Of a stretch of 64,000 bases of DNA, positions 1 to 10,480 are shown one piece after another. The notes below the pieces were generated by a model. The model saw only the letters and a list, made by a program, of their open reading frames with translations, had not been told where the DNA came from and searched no databases. The first letter of the stretch is position 1. Every line of letters starts with the position of its first letter. Both the position numbers and the translations under genes were made by a program. This stretch comes from an archaeon GW2011_AR20. GTDB lineage: Archaea; Nanobdellota; Nanobdellia; SCGC-AAA011-G17; GW2011-AR20. Where the stretch lies: positions 738,496 through 802,495 of the forward strand of contig CP010426.1 in NCBI GenBank assembly GCA_000830315.1, in the 5' to 3' direction.

Positions 1-716
1 GCTAATAAAGTAGAATTTATCTTTAAATCTCTGCTTAAAGCAAATCCCCTATTATGAAAATCTTCAGTGTAATCTAATTTTATCTCATCAACAAAAATCT
101 TTGCATTGTTAATATAATTATTATCTAAATTTGATATTGAAACTTGACCGTAGTTCGCGGATTCCTCTGCTAAATAAGCACCAATAAACCAACCTGTATT
201 TTGGTTGAGGTTTACAGAGTTTTTGATTGGTTTAGCAATTGTTCCTGGTTTTGATAATAAACCATCTTCATTTACAACAATCAAATCATCAAAAATATTT
301 TTATTTATTTTTATCTCACTTAAATATGAGTCATTAAAGAAATTATTAATTACCGGAATTCTCATTCCTAATCCTAATTCTGTTCCCTTTACTGGAATTA
401 CAGAATTATTAATTCTAGTTACAAACGAATGATTATCTGTGCATATAATTTCTCTTCCCGAAGCTGTTTTTATATTCATTAACTTTTTTTGTGGTTTATG
501 TCTGCTTGCTTCGATAACCTTTTTCCATTCAATTTTTTCTTCTTGATTTAGACTTGGAACAAAAATTTCAAGATCATTTAATGGGAGGATTTCGGAATAT
601 TCATTTAACTTTAAAGAACCTTTTGAATTAATTAAACCGTCGATAAATTTACCAATTTCAATAATTTTAATTTCATTATTTATTTTAAATATTATTTTCT
701 CGGAAAAATGGGCCGA
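1..716 (-). mobile_element. Intein with LAGLIDADG-type endonuclease region in RpoA'' (partial)
   Basis: After GEPGTQM the expected TLNTFH-type extein is replaced by SAHFSEKIIF (block A), IICTDNHSF (block B TxxH) and GWFIGAYLAEE (LAGLIDADG-like block C). Confidence 0.9.
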
Positions 717-911
717 CATTTGGGTACCTGGTTCACCAAAACTTTCTGCAGTGATTATTCCTATGCTTTCTCCGGGAGTTATCCTGGCGCTTTCATATTC
801 TTCCTTAACCCTTTTCAGAATTTCTTTTCTTTTTTGATCCCCAAGCCTGTGCTCCTTGCTAAGTTCAATTGCTTCGTCCAATAATTTTTTAGGAATCTCT
901 TGATCAGACAT
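1..911 (-). CDS. rpoA2: DNA-directed RNA polymerase subunit A'' (5' part, runs off window), intein-containing
   Basis: Hand translation from ATG at 911: MSDQEIPKKL...GESIGIITAESFGEPGTQM; follows rpoA' with an overlapping stop/start; frame open to the window edge. Confidence 0.95.
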   Translation of the reverse strand, partial: MSDQEIPKKLLDEAIELSKEHRLGDQKRKEILKRVKEEYESARITPGESIGIITAESFGEPGTQMSAHFSEKIIFKINNEIKIIEIGKFIDGLINSKGSLKLNEYSEILPLNDLEIFVPSLNQEEKIEWKKVIEASRHKPQKKLMNIKTASGREIICTDNHSFVTRINNSVIPVKGTELGLGMRIPVINNFFNDSYLSEIKINKNIFDDLIVVNEDGLLSKPGTIAKPIKNSVNLNQNTGWFIGAYLAEESANYGQVSISNLDNNYINNAKIFVDEIKLDYTEDFHNRGFALSRDLKINSTLL

Positions 912-3432
912 TTGACATAACCTCTTTCACAATTCTCTTGACGTTAATTAAGCCGCCTTCACTCTTGCTTACATCGACACCATCGTCGCCATAAACAAAC
1001 TGCACAATCCTTTTATTTGAATCACGTACTGTTCCGTCGTATTCTACCCTTATGTCCTGCAATGCATTCGCCAGTCTCCTGTACAAATAACCGGATTTTG
1101 GCGTTCTTAATGCAGTATCCATCAGTGAATCACGTCCTGTCATTGCGTGGAAAAAGTACTCATAAGGTTTTAATCCTGACCTGTATCCCCTTCTTATAAA
1201 TCCACGTGAATCTGCACTTAAACTTCCCTTGGGAAATACGCTCAAGGTTCTAGAGTTATATCCTATATTTATTCTTGAGCCACGTAAAGCCTGCTGTCCG
1301 ACTAATGCCGCCATCTGTGCTAAATTCAGGAAGTTACCCATTGCACCGCTTCTTGCCATTAAGACAGTTGAATTTTTTTCTGAAACAGTCTCATAAACAC
1401 TTTCTCCAATCTTATCTCTCAAATTATTCAAAATCTGCAGTATCATATTTTCAAGAGTTTGTTCAACAGTCATTCCAGGCATTACTTTCAAAGAACCGTT
1501 TTCATAATCCTTAACAAAATTATCAATTTCTTTTTCCGCTTCCTCAATCCTTTCCTTAATTTTATTGATTAAGGAATCTGGCAGATCAGTATCTGCAATC
1601 GAAGTTGTAAATCCTGTTCTTAACAATACCTGTATTCCTAATTTGAAAACCTTTCCGAGTAAATCTAATCCTACGTCCTCCCCATATTGCTTGTAAATTG
1701 CCCTTAATAAAGTTCCATTGTCTTCTCCAATGGTTGCCTTGTCAATAAATCCCTGTATCAACTTTCCATTCTTAACTATAACATCTTCATTTGTTTTTGT
1801 GCTTCCGACGAAATCAAAATCATTGGGCAATATTGCAGAGAAAACATCTTTTCCAGTTACGGTTTTTCCTTTTTTTAGCCCGCTAAAATCACTTACCCCT
1901 ATATTATAAAGGATTTGCACAGCATCTTCTCTTTTAAAGTTCAAATCCTTTGTGAGCAAATAATTTCCAGTTATTGCATCATGCAAACTTCCAATAACAT
2001 TAAGCCCGTTCTTCGGGGTAATAATGTGGGATTGGACCTGCATCAAAATTTCAGCTTCTGCCCTTGCTTCTTCATTCTGCGGAACATGCAGATTCATTTC
2101 ATCTCCGTCGAAATCTGCATTATAGGGAGTACAAACAGCCGGGTTTAATCTGAATGATCTTCCCGGCATGACCTTTATCTTGTGGCACATAATGCTCATC
2201 CTATGCAGACTTGGCTGTCTGTTAAAGACGCAAATATCCCCATCCATTAAGTGCCTTTCAATAACATAGCCTGGTTTTAATTCTTCCAGGATCTGTTTTT
2301 TTGAATCTTCTGTGATTTTTTTCTTCTTCCCATCAATCGTGATAATATAGTTTGCTCCGGGATAATTCTCAGGCCCATTTTCAATAAACTTTTTCAGCCA
2401 TTCAATATTCCATTCAGTAACCTTTTCTGGAATGGTTAATTCAGTGGCAACAACATAAGGAACACCGACTTCATTGAATTCTATTTTTGGATCAGGACTT
2501 ATGACAGTACGTGCTGCAAAATTAACCCTCTTACCTGCTAAATTATGCCTGAATCTTCCTTCTTTGCTTTTAATTCTCTCAGTAAGGGTTTTTAACGGCT
2601 GGCCGCTTCTGTGGCGTGCTGGAGGAATCTGGGGAACTTCATTATCAAAATAAGTTGTTATATGATACTGCAATAAATCCCACAAATCCTCTATTATTAT
2701 TTCAGGAGCGCCTGCGTTTATATTCTCAAATAATCTTTGGTTTATCCTTACTATGTCCCCGAGTTTATGCGTTAAATCATCCTCACTTCTTTCTCCTGTT
2801 TCAAGGGTAATACTTGGTCTTGTTGTAACAGGGGGGACAGGTAATACTGTCAATACCATCCATTCGGGGCGCGCATAATTTGGATTCATGCCCAGTAATT
2901 CAATATCCCTATCTGGTATTTTTTCAAATCTAGATATCATGTCTATTGGGGTAAGACGCTTGTCATCTTCCAAGAATGTGTAAGGCTTTTCCAGCTTAAC
3001 TGCAAATTGCTTTGCTTCACAATGCGGACATTTCTTGACTGCTTTTAAATGTTTTAATAATAAAGATCCTTTCAGTCCCTTATCCAGAATTTCCTGCTCC
3101 ATCACCAATAATCTGCCGCATTCTCTGCAAATGCTATTCAATAATATTAAAATTATTTTTGTATATTTAATATGAACAATCGGCCTTGCTAATTCAACAT
3201 AACCAAAGTGACCGCTGCATTCTTTCAACTTTCCGTTGCATGTCTTGCATCTTAACCCCGGATCAATAACACCCAAGGCAAGATCCATTAATCCCCCGTC
3301 AACAGGGTAACCTTCTTTGTCATAAAGTTCGGCTGTAACTATTTTCGTAGCAGCCATTTTCTTTATCAATTTAGGAGAAAGTATTCCGAAAACAACTTTC
3401 TTGATTTTTTTGTCTATATAATTGCTGTACAT
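904..3432 (-). CDS. rpoA1: DNA-directed RNA polymerase subunit A'
   Basis: NADFDGD catalytic motif, Zn-binding CKTC...C..GH, RTPKSGYLYRRL; start taken at ATG 3432 just after the rpoB' stop. Confidence 0.98.
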   Translation of the reverse strand: MYSNYIDKKIKKVVFGILSPKLIKKMAATKIVTAELYDKEGYPVDGGLMDLALGVIDPGLRCKTCNGKLKECSGHFGYVELARPIVHIKYTKIILILLNSICRECGRLLVMEQEILDKGLKGSLLLKHLKAVKKCPHCEAKQFAVKLEKPYTFLEDDKRLTPIDMISRFEKIPDRDIELLGMNPNYARPEWMVLTVLPVPPVTTRPSITLETGERSEDDLTHKLGDIVRINQRLFENINAGAPEIIIEDLWDLLQYHITTYFDNEVPQIPPARHRSGQPLKTLTERIKSKEGRFRHNLAGKRVNFAARTVISPDPKIEFNEVGVPYVVATELTIPEKVTEWNIEWLKKFIENGPENYPGANYIITIDGKKKKITEDSKKQILEELKPGYVIERHLMDGDICVFNRQPSLHRMSIMCHKIKVMPGRSFRLNPAVCTPYNADFDGDEMNLHVPQNEEARAEAEILMQVQSHIITPKNGLNVIGSLHDAITGNYLLTKDLNFKREDAVQILYNIGVSDFSGLKKGKTVTGKDVFSAILPNDFDFVGSTKTNEDVIVKNGKLIQGFIDKATIGEDNGTLLRAIYKQYGEDVGLDLLGKVFKLGIQVLLRTGFTTSIADTDLPDSLINKIKERIEEAEKEIDNFVKDYENGSLKVMPGMTVEQTLENMILQILNNLRDKIGESVYETVSEKNSTVLMARSGAMGNFLNLAQMAALVGQQALRGSRINIGYNSRTLSVFPKGSLSADSRGFIRRGYRSGLKPYEYFFHAMTGRDSLMDTALRTPKSGYLYRRLANALQDIRVEYDGTVRDSNKRIVQFVYGDDGVDVSKSEGGLINVKRIVKEVMSNV

Positions 3433-3433
3433 C

Positions 3434-5236
3434 TTAGTATTTGCTCTCCAAAAATAATCTTGGATAAATTCCAAGGGCTTTTAACTCATTTAATAATAAA
3501 TTGAAAGCGTAACTCATCTCTATGGGGGTTATATCGACATTGCTTCCGCATTTTGTGCATGCTTTTTTGTCCTTGTTTGCATCATAAACAGCGAACATTC
3601 CGCAGTTCTCGCACACATAAACAACTGTTTTGTCTGAATCAAACCTCTCTTTTAACAATAAAGCTGCGCCGTGTGCAACAAAGCAGTCTTTTTCCATTTC
3701 TCCGACTCTTAATCCTCCGCCCTGTGCTCTTCCTTCAACAGGCTGTCTTGTCAATAATTGTATTCTTCCAGATGCCCTTGAATGTAGTTTATTTGCGACC
3801 ATATGCTTTAATTTTAGGTAATACATATTTCCGACGTAAATTTTGGCATCAAACTGTTCTCCTGTAACTCCATTGTGCATTGTCTCTGTTCCATTTTCCC
3901 TGAATCCAAGCCCAAGAAGCATATCCCTTAAATCTCTTTCACTCATGCTGTCAAATGTTGTCCCATCAATATACTTGCCAGATAAGGCTCCTATCTTGCC
4001 TGCTATGACCTCTATCAAATGACTTATTGTCATTCTGCTTGGAATGCCGTGAGGACTGAATATTAAATCAGGAATAATACCAGATGAAGAAAACGGCATA
4101 TCTTCATGGGGCACAATCATTCCAATCACTCCTTTCTGACCATGACGCGATGCAAATTTATCCCCGATTTCAGGAATTCTTGGATCACGAATCCTTATCT
4201 GCACAATTTTATTTCCTTCTTCATTTTCTGTAATAACAACATCATCAACAATTCCCCCTTCTCCATGTTTTATACTTACAGAACTTTCCCTTCTTGTTGA
4301 AGCTGCTATGCTAAATTCCTCTAAACTTGACAAGAATCTTGGGGGACTTGTTTTTCCTATAACGACATCTTCTGCATTTACCAAAGCCCCTGTATAAACA
4401 ATTCCGTCTTTCTCAAGCAACCTGTAATTTTTTTCTGTCTTGTAACCCTTGACTTCCTTGTCCGGAACACAAACTTCGTCTATCAAGCCTCCTGAATAAC
4501 GCAATTCTTCTGCTTCATAAGGCCTGAAATAAGTTGATCTTGCCAGACCCCTCTGCACGCTTCCTTTGTTTAGTATAATCGAGTCCTGCATGTTATATCC
4601 TTCATAACTCATTAATGCAATTGTGACGTTTTGGCCAGCGGCATGGCTGTCATAATTTAAAATATCATGCATGAATGTTTTCACGATCGGCTTTTGGGGA
4701 TAATGAAGCAAGGAAACATCTGTGTCCATTCTCAAATGAAAGTTGCTTGCATACAATCCCAGGCTCTGTTTCTGGATTTTACTTCCCCTTATTAATCTTG
4801 AAGAGCTTCCAAAATTAGAATATGGAATTACAGAGGTTGTTAATCCTAAAATCGCCACAGGATCAATCTCCAAATGAGTATGCTCCTTGGTCAACTCATT
4901 TTCATACAATGCAATGAAAGCATTCTCTTCTTCCAAGGCATCCAGGTACTCTATTATTCCCATCTTAACCAGCTGGTCCCATGTCAGTTCATTTTTTTTC
5001 AGTTTGTCAAGATGATCTTTATTAAGAAGTGATTTGCCGTCCTGAACAATAATTAAAGGTCTTCTTGTTCTTCCTGTTGAGCTTTCGATGTAAATCTCGT
5101 TGAATTCTTTATTATGCAAAATATTTACATTAAGTGGAAGTTTTCCGGTTCTTCTTCTTTCCTTGACGGAATTTACAAATGCGTCCGGGTCATTTACGTT
5201 TCCAATAAACTTTTCATTTAAATAGACATCAACCAT
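3434..5236 (-). CDS. rpoB1: DNA-directed RNA polymerase subunit B'
   Basis: GDKFASRHGQKG, GLRVGEME, C-terminal CENC...CTKC zinc ribbon. Confidence 0.98.
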   Translation of the reverse strand: MVDVYLNEKFIGNVNDPDAFVNSVKERRRTGKLPLNVNILHNKEFNEIYIESSTGRTRRPLIIVQDGKSLLNKDHLDKLKKNELTWDQLVKMGIIEYLDALEEENAFIALYENELTKEHTHLEIDPVAILGLTTSVIPYSNFGSSSRLIRGSKIQKQSLGLYASNFHLRMDTDVSLLHYPQKPIVKTFMHDILNYDSHAAGQNVTIALMSYEGYNMQDSIILNKGSVQRGLARSTYFRPYEAEELRYSGGLIDEVCVPDKEVKGYKTEKNYRLLEKDGIVYTGALVNAEDVVIGKTSPPRFLSSLEEFSIAASTRRESSVSIKHGEGGIVDDVVITENEEGNKIVQIRIRDPRIPEIGDKFASRHGQKGVIGMIVPHEDMPFSSSGIIPDLIFSPHGIPSRMTISHLIEVIAGKIGALSGKYIDGTTFDSMSERDLRDMLLGLGFRENGTETMHNGVTGEQFDAKIYVGNMYYLKLKHMVANKLHSRASGRIQLLTRQPVEGRAQGGGLRVGEMEKDCFVAHGAALLLKERFDSDKTVVYVCENCGMFAVYDANKDKKACTKCGSNVDITPIEMSYAFNLLLNELKALGIYPRLFLESKY

Positions 5237-6710
5237 TTTGATTTAATCCAGCTCCTTCCAATAATTTTTTTACTTTATCATCTGACATTTCTTCCTGCGT
5301 TATTTTGGCCAGTGATGCCAAATTTTTTCTTAGTCCGATGGGTGTTCCTTCTGGTGTCTCAACCGGACATAACCTTCCCCAGTGCGTCGGATGCAGGGCA
5401 CGCGCATCAAAATTTTCCTGCGCTGAACTCAATAATGATACAACCCTTTGCAGATGAGATGTTGTTGCAGTGAAATTAGTCCTGTCGATATTTTGGCTTA
5501 CTCCTTTTCTGCCCCCGACCCAAGCGCCGGTTGCCATAGCACTCTTGATTCTTGAAGTTAATAACTGATCCCTTATGATAATCTTGATTGACTGGAACTT
5601 TCCACGCTTAACAAGCCTCTGGAAATTATACAAAACATCCTGTACCAGTGCGCGTAAATTAATCCTGAATAAATCCCCGAGTAAATCTCCTGATAACTTC
5701 AGGCGTTTGTTCATATAATGATCTTTATCTGTAATCTGCTTATTGTCGCGGGATATCATCAGGAATTTTTTGATGTACTTGCATAAATTATAGGCTTTAT
5801 CTGTTCTATTTCCCGAGACAATTCCCAGATGGGGCAATAAATATTTATCAAGCAAGTCTATAACTTTTTCACCATGATCAACCTGGTTTAATCCTATTTT
5901 CTTGCTCAAATATTCCATTGCCTGTTCCTGCGATTTTATTTCAACAGTTTCATACAAGTTAATGAAAACATCATCATACTGCTTTTCATCTGAAATAAAT
6001 CTTGTAATATCCTGGTCCTTTACCAATCCCAAGACCTTAATTACAGCAAATATCGGAACTCTTTTGAATCTTGTAAATGAAATATAAATTATCCCGTCTT
6101 TCATTTGCTCAATGGTATGAGGAATTCTATAAACCCCTGATTCAGAATATAATTTTGCAGTATACTTGCTTGGTCCTGTTGCATTTCTTTCAATAAATAA
6201 TTTATTGCTTACTAAATCCTCGACAATAATAAGCACACGCTCGTTGCCATTTAAAATAAAATATCCCCCCAAATCATTCGGATCTTCATAATGCTTGGTC
6301 AGTTGCTCCTTATTTAATCCACTTAAATGGCAGAACTTTGACTTAACCATTACAGGGACTTTTCCGATTAGGGTCTCAAACTGTTCGCGTTCAACGCCAT
6401 CCATGTAGGCTGAAACAGTCAAGTAGACAGGTGCAGAATAAGTTAACTTTCTTAATCTTGCCTCCATCGGATAAATATCCCTCCTGCTTCCGTCAGCTTC
6501 CACAATCTGTGGCTTTTCCACCCTTATTTTTCCGAATTTTATCTTGAAATCCTTAACTTCTGCAGGAATGATTGTTGGAATAATATCTTGAATTTCATTT
6601 ACAATTTCCTGAATTCCCTTTTCAATAAATCTGTTGTAACTTTCTATGTTGCTCTCTACCAAGGAATGATTTTCAAAATAATTCTTTATTAATATTCTGT
6701 TGGGATTCAT
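5229..6710 (-). CDS. rpoB2: DNA-directed RNA polymerase subunit B''
   Basis: GGYFILNGNERV, HWGRLCPVETPEG. Confidence 0.97.
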   Translation of the reverse strand: MNPNRILIKNYFENHSLVESNIESYNRFIEKGIQEIVNEIQDIIPTIIPAEVKDFKIKFGKIRVEKPQIVEADGSRRDIYPMEARLRKLTYSAPVYLTVSAYMDGVEREQFETLIGKVPVMVKSKFCHLSGLNKEQLTKHYEDPNDLGGYFILNGNERVLIIVEDLVSNKLFIERNATGPSKYTAKLYSESGVYRIPHTIEQMKDGIIYISFTRFKRVPIFAVIKVLGLVKDQDITRFISDEKQYDDVFINLYETVEIKSQEQAMEYLSKKIGLNQVDHGEKVIDLLDKYLLPHLGIVSGNRTDKAYNLCKYIKKFLMISRDNKQITDKDHYMNKRLKLSGDLLGDLFRINLRALVQDVLYNFQRLVKRGKFQSIKIIIRDQLLTSRIKSAMATGAWVGGRKGVSQNIDRTNFTATTSHLQRVVSLLSSAQENFDARALHPTHWGRLCPVETPEGTPIGLRKNLASLAKITQEEMSDDKVKKLLEGAGLNQNG

Positions 6711-6943
6711 ATTACCACCCTGTAAAATTCACTCTCGCCTGTTGTTGGGCTTTTCCTAGTTATTTTTACAACGTCGCCTTTTTTTACATCTAGCTTTGAT
6801 AATGCCGGATCTTCCTTCAAAACTCTCGGAAGCTGCTTCTTTGATATGTTAAATTTCTTCAGAACTTCCTCTGTCTGCTCCTCTGTCAATTTAATGTGCC
6901 TAGGAACAAATTCGTGTTTTGTGATGTCTATTTCTTCTGGCAT
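6707..6943 (-). CDS. rpoH: DNA-directed RNA polymerase subunit H
   Basis: HEFVPRH...QLPRV..EDP...GDVVKITRKSPTTGESEFYRVV; first gene of the rpo operon. Confidence 0.97.
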   Translation of the reverse strand: MPEEIDITKHEFVPRHIKLTEEQTEEVLKKFNISKKQLPRVLKEDPALSKLDVKKGDVVKITRKSPTTGESEFYRVVI

Positions 6944-6957
6944 TTTTTTATTTTAAG

Positions 6958-7073
6958 CGGGCCGGATGGGACTTTCGCTTCATGAAGTTTGCCTCATGAT
7001 CCTTTGAACCCACGACCACCTGCTTTCTCCAATCTTAAAAGGCAGATGCTCTACCAAGCTGAGCTACCAGCCC
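6958..7073 (-). tRNA. tRNA-Lys(UUU) with two introns: 11 nt at 37/38 (7025-7035) and 31 nt in the T-loop at 59/60 (6972-7002)
   Basis: GGGCTGG/CCGGCCC acceptor stem, GCTC/GAGC D stem, TCTGC/GCAGG anticodon stem, GTGGG-TTCAAA[..]T-CCCAT T arm; the T-loop insert folds as a TCATGAGG/CTTCATGA hairpin. Confidence 0.9.
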
Positions 7074-7764
7074 ATCGTCGATATTTTAAGTAATCAATCC
7101 AAACAATCAAGATAAATTAGCATAGTTTTAACAAGTTAATTATCAATTTTGAATTTATTTTTGCTGTAATTTTAGTATCCTCTTGACTCATTTTAGAAAG
7201 ATTACTTATTATCAATAAATTTTTGGCATTTTGTGTATTTATAAAGGTTTCTTTTTTGAATTTCGTAAAGAGGTTGTATATAAAGCTTACGGCGAGGTTG
7301 CATTGTTAAGTTATCGGGACTTGAATTCTCAGAAAAATTCAGAAAGGGGGTGAAAAAAATGAAAGCGAGAGCTATCTTAAAAAATAAAGAAAAACAAAAT
7401 AGTAAAATGATTATTTTGTTTTGTAGTCTATTGATTATTTATGGAATGTTATTAGGCTACTTAACTAAGACCATCTTATCTTTTTCGAAATGAGTGCTAA
7501 TACAATGCCTATAACAGCAATAACAACACCCACTAGTGCAACATCTGTGCTTTTAGTGATAGAGTAAGAAATTATTGCATATAAAATTCCTACAACCACT
7601 AAAACAACAACAAACCACATTAATGCTTGCTTTGGTGTCATACTCTTAACCTCCTTGAAAATGTTGGTTAATGAGAAGGGAAGGCAAGATAAAAGCCTTT
7701 CCTTTTTTATTATTGGAGTTCAAAAAAGAAAAGTTTTATATATAAATTGGTACCTAATCTTAAC

Positions 7765-7935
7765 ATGGCAATATTACAAAAACAGCTCTCTCGTAAGGTA
7801 GGTAATAAAGAATATATTAAATATGTTGTAGTTATTCCTTCTGAAATTGTTAAAGAGGCAAAAATGAAAGAGGGGGATACAATTAAGTTTAGTGTTAAAA
7901 AAGGTGAAATTTCTTTGATAAATTTTGGTAAATAA
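7765..7935 (+). CDS. AbrB/MazE/SpoVT-family DNA-binding protein
   Basis: KYVVVIPSEIVKEAKMKEGDTIKF pattern; ATG at 7765 downstream of a TATA box. Confidence 0.8.
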   Translation: MAILQKQLSRKVGNKEYIKYVVVIPSEIVKEAKMKEGDTIKFSVKKGEISLINFGK

Positions 7936-7983
7936 CCATTTCATAATAGAAACGTTTATAATTTCTACGATGCTATTAATTTT

Positions 7984-8877
7984 ATGGAAGAAATAAAATA
8001 TAAAGAATATTTTTTATTTATGTTATACCCCTATAAAAGAGAAGAAATTGATGAGAGCCAAATAAATCAAATTGAAATTACAGAATCCGATGTCTATAGG
8101 GTTTTAGGTGAAATAGGTAAGATTGAGAGAAAAAAAGATGAGAAAATACAGATTACTTTAATATTAGATTCTGTAGGTGGAGAAATTTATCCATCATATA
8201 AAATTATTAATTTATTAAGAAATAAGTGTGATAAATTATCTGTATTTATACCAGAAAAAGCAAAAAGTGCTGCTACATTAATGACTTTAGGAGCAGATGA
8301 GATTATCATGTCTGCAGAATCAGAATTAGGACCATTAGATTTGCCCATGAGAGAGCACCCCATGTTAGAAGAAATGAAAGAATTTTCTGCATTAGATGTT
8401 GTAAGACCATTTAGCTTATTATATGATAATGCTAAGAATTTAGCAATAAATAATTTAGGGATAGTTCTAAGGAAAAATGTTGGACTAAGCAGGAAAGATT
8501 CAGTAAAAATTGCATTAGAATTTTCAAAAGATTATGTTAATCCAATAATTTGTAAAATTGATCCTTTATTATTTTCTAAGTCATATAGACTATTACAAAT
8601 TGCTCAAGAGTATGCAAGAGAATTTTTAGCTAGATACATGTTTAAAAATGATAGTTATGAAACAAAACTAAAAAAATCTGAAAGTATAGCGTATGAACTT
8701 GTTTGGGGATTTCCAGAACACGGCTTTGTTATTAATCGGGAAAGAGCGAGAAAGCAATTAAAACTTAATATCGTTGATGTAGAAAGTTTTAAAGGATTGT
8801 CGGAATTTGGTAAAAATCTTCTAAATAAACCAGTTATGGAAAAAATTATTAAGTTAAATAAAGAACTAAAATTATAA
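7984..8877 (+). CDS. ClpP-class serine protease (SDH_sah-like)
   Basis: LDSVGG, AKSAATL..LGADEIIM...SELGPLD, FPEHGFVI. Confidence 0.85.
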   Translation: MEEIKYKEYFLFMLYPYKREEIDESQINQIEITESDVYRVLGEIGKIERKKDEKIQITLILDSVGGEIYPSYKIINLLRNKCDKLSVFIPEKAKSAATLMTLGADEIIMSAESELGPLDLPMREHPMLEEMKEFSALDVVRPFSLLYDNAKNLAINNLGIVLRKNVGLSRKDSVKIALEFSKDYVNPIICKIDPLLFSKSYRLLQIAQEYAREFLARYMFKNDSYETKLKKSESIAYELVWGFPEHGFVINRERARKQLKLNIVDVESFKGLSEFGKNLLNKPVMEKIIKLNKELKL

Positions 8878-9060
8878 TCCTATAAATTTATCTCTTCTTA
8901 TTTTTTCATCTTTTGCTACTTCTTTAGCTAATTCTTTTAGGATATTCTTATCACTATTAAAAAACTGAAGATTTGATGTAATTTCAAATTTAGTATTATA
9001 AGAATCTACAAATTTTTTTTCCTTAATTTTTATCATACGATATATAAAATAGTGTAACAT
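8872..9060 (-). CDS. Hypothetical protein (transposon passenger)
   Basis: Short ORF only. Confidence 0.3.
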   Translation of the reverse strand: MLHYFIYRMIKIKEKKFVDSYNTKFEITSNLQFFNSDKNILKELAKEVAKDEKIRRDKFIGL

Positions 9061-9119
9061 ATAAACTTTTCTATGTAGGTACCGAAAGGTTTATATAGTA
9101 ATAGGTACCTAATATAAGA

Positions 9120-9989
9120 ATGGAAAAATCATGCTTATATTGTAGGAATACCAACATCATTAAGCGAGGTAAAAGAATAACAAAGAATAGGGGTTTAATT
9201 CAGCGTTATTCTTGTAAGGATTGTAAAAGAAGGTTTACCCTTAACGATGGCTTTTACAAGATGAGAAATACACCAGAGAAAATAACAGAAGCATTAAATC
9301 TTTACTTTTCTGGTGTTAGCTTAAGAAAGACACAAGAACATTTAGGAGTATTCTATAACCATAATTGCAGTTATGTAACCATATTAAAATGGATTAGAAA
9401 ATATTGTAATCAGATTAAAGACTATACTGAAAAACTAAAATTAAACACAAGTGAGCAAATTCAAGTAGATGAAATGGAATTTAAAACAAAAGGCAAGAAA
9501 TCTTGGTTTATTGATGTTATTGATGCTAACACAAGATTTATGTTAGCAAGTGGTTATTTTAAAAATCGTGGCAAGAAAGAGATTACAGAAATATTAAAAT
9601 CTGTTAGAGAAAAGAGTCAAGATAATATTAAGGAAGTTTATACCGACGGTTGGTTAGTTTATCCTTATGTATTGAGAAAAATTTTTGGGCTAAATAAAAT
9701 AGAAGGCAAAAGTAAGATTAAACATTTTCAAAATATAGGATCAGAAGGAAGGTTTAATCATAAAATTGAAAGATTACATAATTCAATTAGAGAACGAACC
9801 AAAATTTTTAGAAATTTTAAGAGATTAGAAAGTGCAAAAGCAATAATGAATGGCTATGAAATTTATTATAATTTTATTAGGAAACATCAAGCAATTGGAT
9901 GCTGTCCTTATGAACTAGCATTACCATACTTAAAACTAAAAAATAAAAATAAATGGTTAGATTTAATAAGATTAAGTCAAAATCATTAA
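9120..9989 (+). CDS. DDE transposase, IS6/IS240-like, with N-terminal CxxC zinc ribbon
   Basis: CLYC...CKDC, HTH region, VDEM, YTDG, NHKIERLHNSIRER, YYNFIRKH. Confidence 0.9.
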   Translation: MEKSCLYCRNTNIIKRGKRITKNRGLIQRYSCKDCKRRFTLNDGFYKMRNTPEKITEALNLYFSGVSLRKTQEHLGVFYNHNCSYVTILKWIRKYCNQIKDYTEKLKLNTSEQIQVDEMEFKTKGKKSWFIDVIDANTRFMLASGYFKNRGKKEITEILKSVREKSQDNIKEVYTDGWLVYPYVLRKIFGLNKIEGKSKIKHFQNIGSEGRFNHKIERLHNSIRERTKIFRNFKRLESAKAIMNGYEIYYNFIRKHQAIGCCPYELALPYLKLKNKNKWLDLIRLSQNH

Positions 9990-10213
9990 ATTTTAGGATA
10001 ACCTATCCAATCTTCGATTTTTTTACATTTAGCACACTTGACTATAATTCTAAATTTATTCTTTTTAAAATCTTTAAAATTAAAATCCCATTCATAATCT
10101 ATTTTTGAACCGACTGGAAATTTCTTTTTACAATTAGGACAATTATGTTCTTTTAGAAAATTGTCTATTAACTTTTGTGTTTTATCTGAAAACTCATTAT
10201 TAAGATTAGACAT
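9986..10213 (-). CDS. Small zinc-ribbon protein
   Basis: CPNC...CAKC. Confidence 0.55.
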   Translation of the reverse strand: MSNLNNEFSDKTQKLIDNFLKEHNCPNCKKKFPVGSKIDYEWDFNFKDFKKNKFRIIVKCAKCKKIEDWIGYPKI

Positions 10214-10252
10214 AATTAAAATGAAGGTTAAAGATATATAAAGTTTATTAAT

Positions 10253-10480
10253 TTAACAGAAAACTAATTTATAGAATGTTGCTAAAATGAATAAAGAAAC
10301 AAAAGAAATTAATAGATACTTCGCATATCTTACAATCATTCTCGCAATAGGGCTAACAATCATAGAGATATAAGGCAATCTCATTCCGATAAGAGAACCT
10401 ACTGAAATAATAATTCCTATTAACAACCATTTAAATTCAATAAATTCTATAACTGATGGGCAAATACCAAAGATATCCAT
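10253..10480 (-). CDS. Small membrane protein
   Basis: Two hydrophobic segments. Confidence 0.45.
   Translation of the reverse strand: MDIFGICPSVIEFIEFKWLLIGIIISVGSLIGMRLPYISMIVSPIARMIVRYAKYLLISFVSLFILATFYKLVFC

Noticed and set aside
1017-6087. Short plus-strand ORFs inside the RNA polymerase genes, and similar antisense ORFs within ABC, exosome and antiporter genes
   Set aside because: Shadow ORFs opposite well-conserved genes, with no recognisable motifs.
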